From Candidatus Parcubacteria bacterium (GTDB lineage Bacteria > Patescibacteriota > Minisyncoccia > Minisyncoccales > JAGMDC01), in contig JAGMDC010000003.1 of assembly GCA_023128895.1 (NCBI GenBank), positions 155,651 to 219,650 on the forward strand: 64,000 bases of DNA, written 5' to 3'. The notes under the pieces were generated by a model, which worked only from the letters and a program-made list of their open reading frames with translations, ran no database searches and was not told where the DNA came from. Below are positions 63,649 through 64,000 of the stretch, piece after piece; position 1 is the first letter of the stretch, and every line of letters starts with the position of its first letter. The position numbers and the translations under genes were made by a program.

Positions 63649-63990
63649 TTATTTTAATTTCATTTGAACAAGTTTGTCGACCACAATCCCGTTAATAATA
63701 GAAAACAAAATCATATAAAAAGAAAGGACTATAGTAAAAGGCAAGCCGAAATAATAAATCATCATAGGCAGGAGAGGGATTTTAACCGCCCTGTTATAAA
63801 GGAAAGCCGCGATAAAGCAATCCCTCATTCCTTTTTCTTTCAAATCGCTTAACAAAGGATACCACATATATATGGGTCCGGTTGATAAAATTCCCCCAAT
63901 AATTGATATAAGCCAGCCCTTGAGCCCAGCGCCTTTTCCAACAAATTTTAATATTTTTTTTGGCTCAAAAAAAATATTTGAAAAAAACAT
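63649..63990 (-). CDS. small polytopic membrane protein (putative permease-family subunit)
   Basis: GWLISIIGGILSTGPIYMWYPLL...AAFLYNRAVKIPLLPMMIYYFG. The upstream context is cut off by the window end. Confidence 0.4.
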   Translation of the reverse strand: MFFSNIFFEPKKILKFVGKGAGLKGWLISIIGGILSTGPIYMWYPLLSDLKEKGMRDCFIAAFLYNRAVKIPLLPMMIYYFGLPFTIVLSFYMILFSIINGIVVDKLVQMKLK

Positions 63991-64000
63991 AAAAGCGAAT

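Overview
The window is visibly AT-rich and bacterial. Almost all genes lie on the minus strand and are tightly packed. The gene content looks like an ultra-small Patescibacteria/CPR-type genome, but this is inference, not a database result. Supporting signs are bacterial-type leuS, tyrS, glmS, cca, ychF, yraN and a PspC-domain gene, a sortase, LVIVD and beta-propeller proteins, and many SD-less or leaderless starts. Housekeeping genes are interleaved with several accessory blocks. (1) A seven-gene operon at 13788-22656 encodes paralogous secreted or anchored proteins built from shuffled modules. Five share an N-terminal anchor plus an invariant AW[STD][EG]P motif, and two carry GWAWSENxGWISFN repeats. 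(2) A 1.4-kb XRE plus membrane-protein cassette is bracketed by 172-bp near-perfect inverted repeats. It sits next to a large serine recombinase whose ORF runs antisense into tRNA-Ala. (3) A family of about 100-nt nested-hairpin elements has conserved TCGCTC flanks and covarying stems. Two copies interrupt a HAD hydrolase gene, and removing both restores the reading frame. (4) Two copies of a convergent module pair a small winged-helix gene with a giant (about 1500 aa) secreted subtilase carrying Cys-rich modules. (5) Two higher-GC islands have strong GGAGG ribosome-binding sites and carry partial nucleotide pathways. One is pyrD-pyrF-pyrE, inserted between iorA and iorB. The other is a purB...purC operon with micro-ORFs. 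Three tRNAs (Ala-CGC, Pro-CGG, Arg-UCG) were found by hand folding. No CRISPR array, rRNA or recognisable phage structural block was seen. All functional calls rest on motifs read from the translations. No homology search was run.
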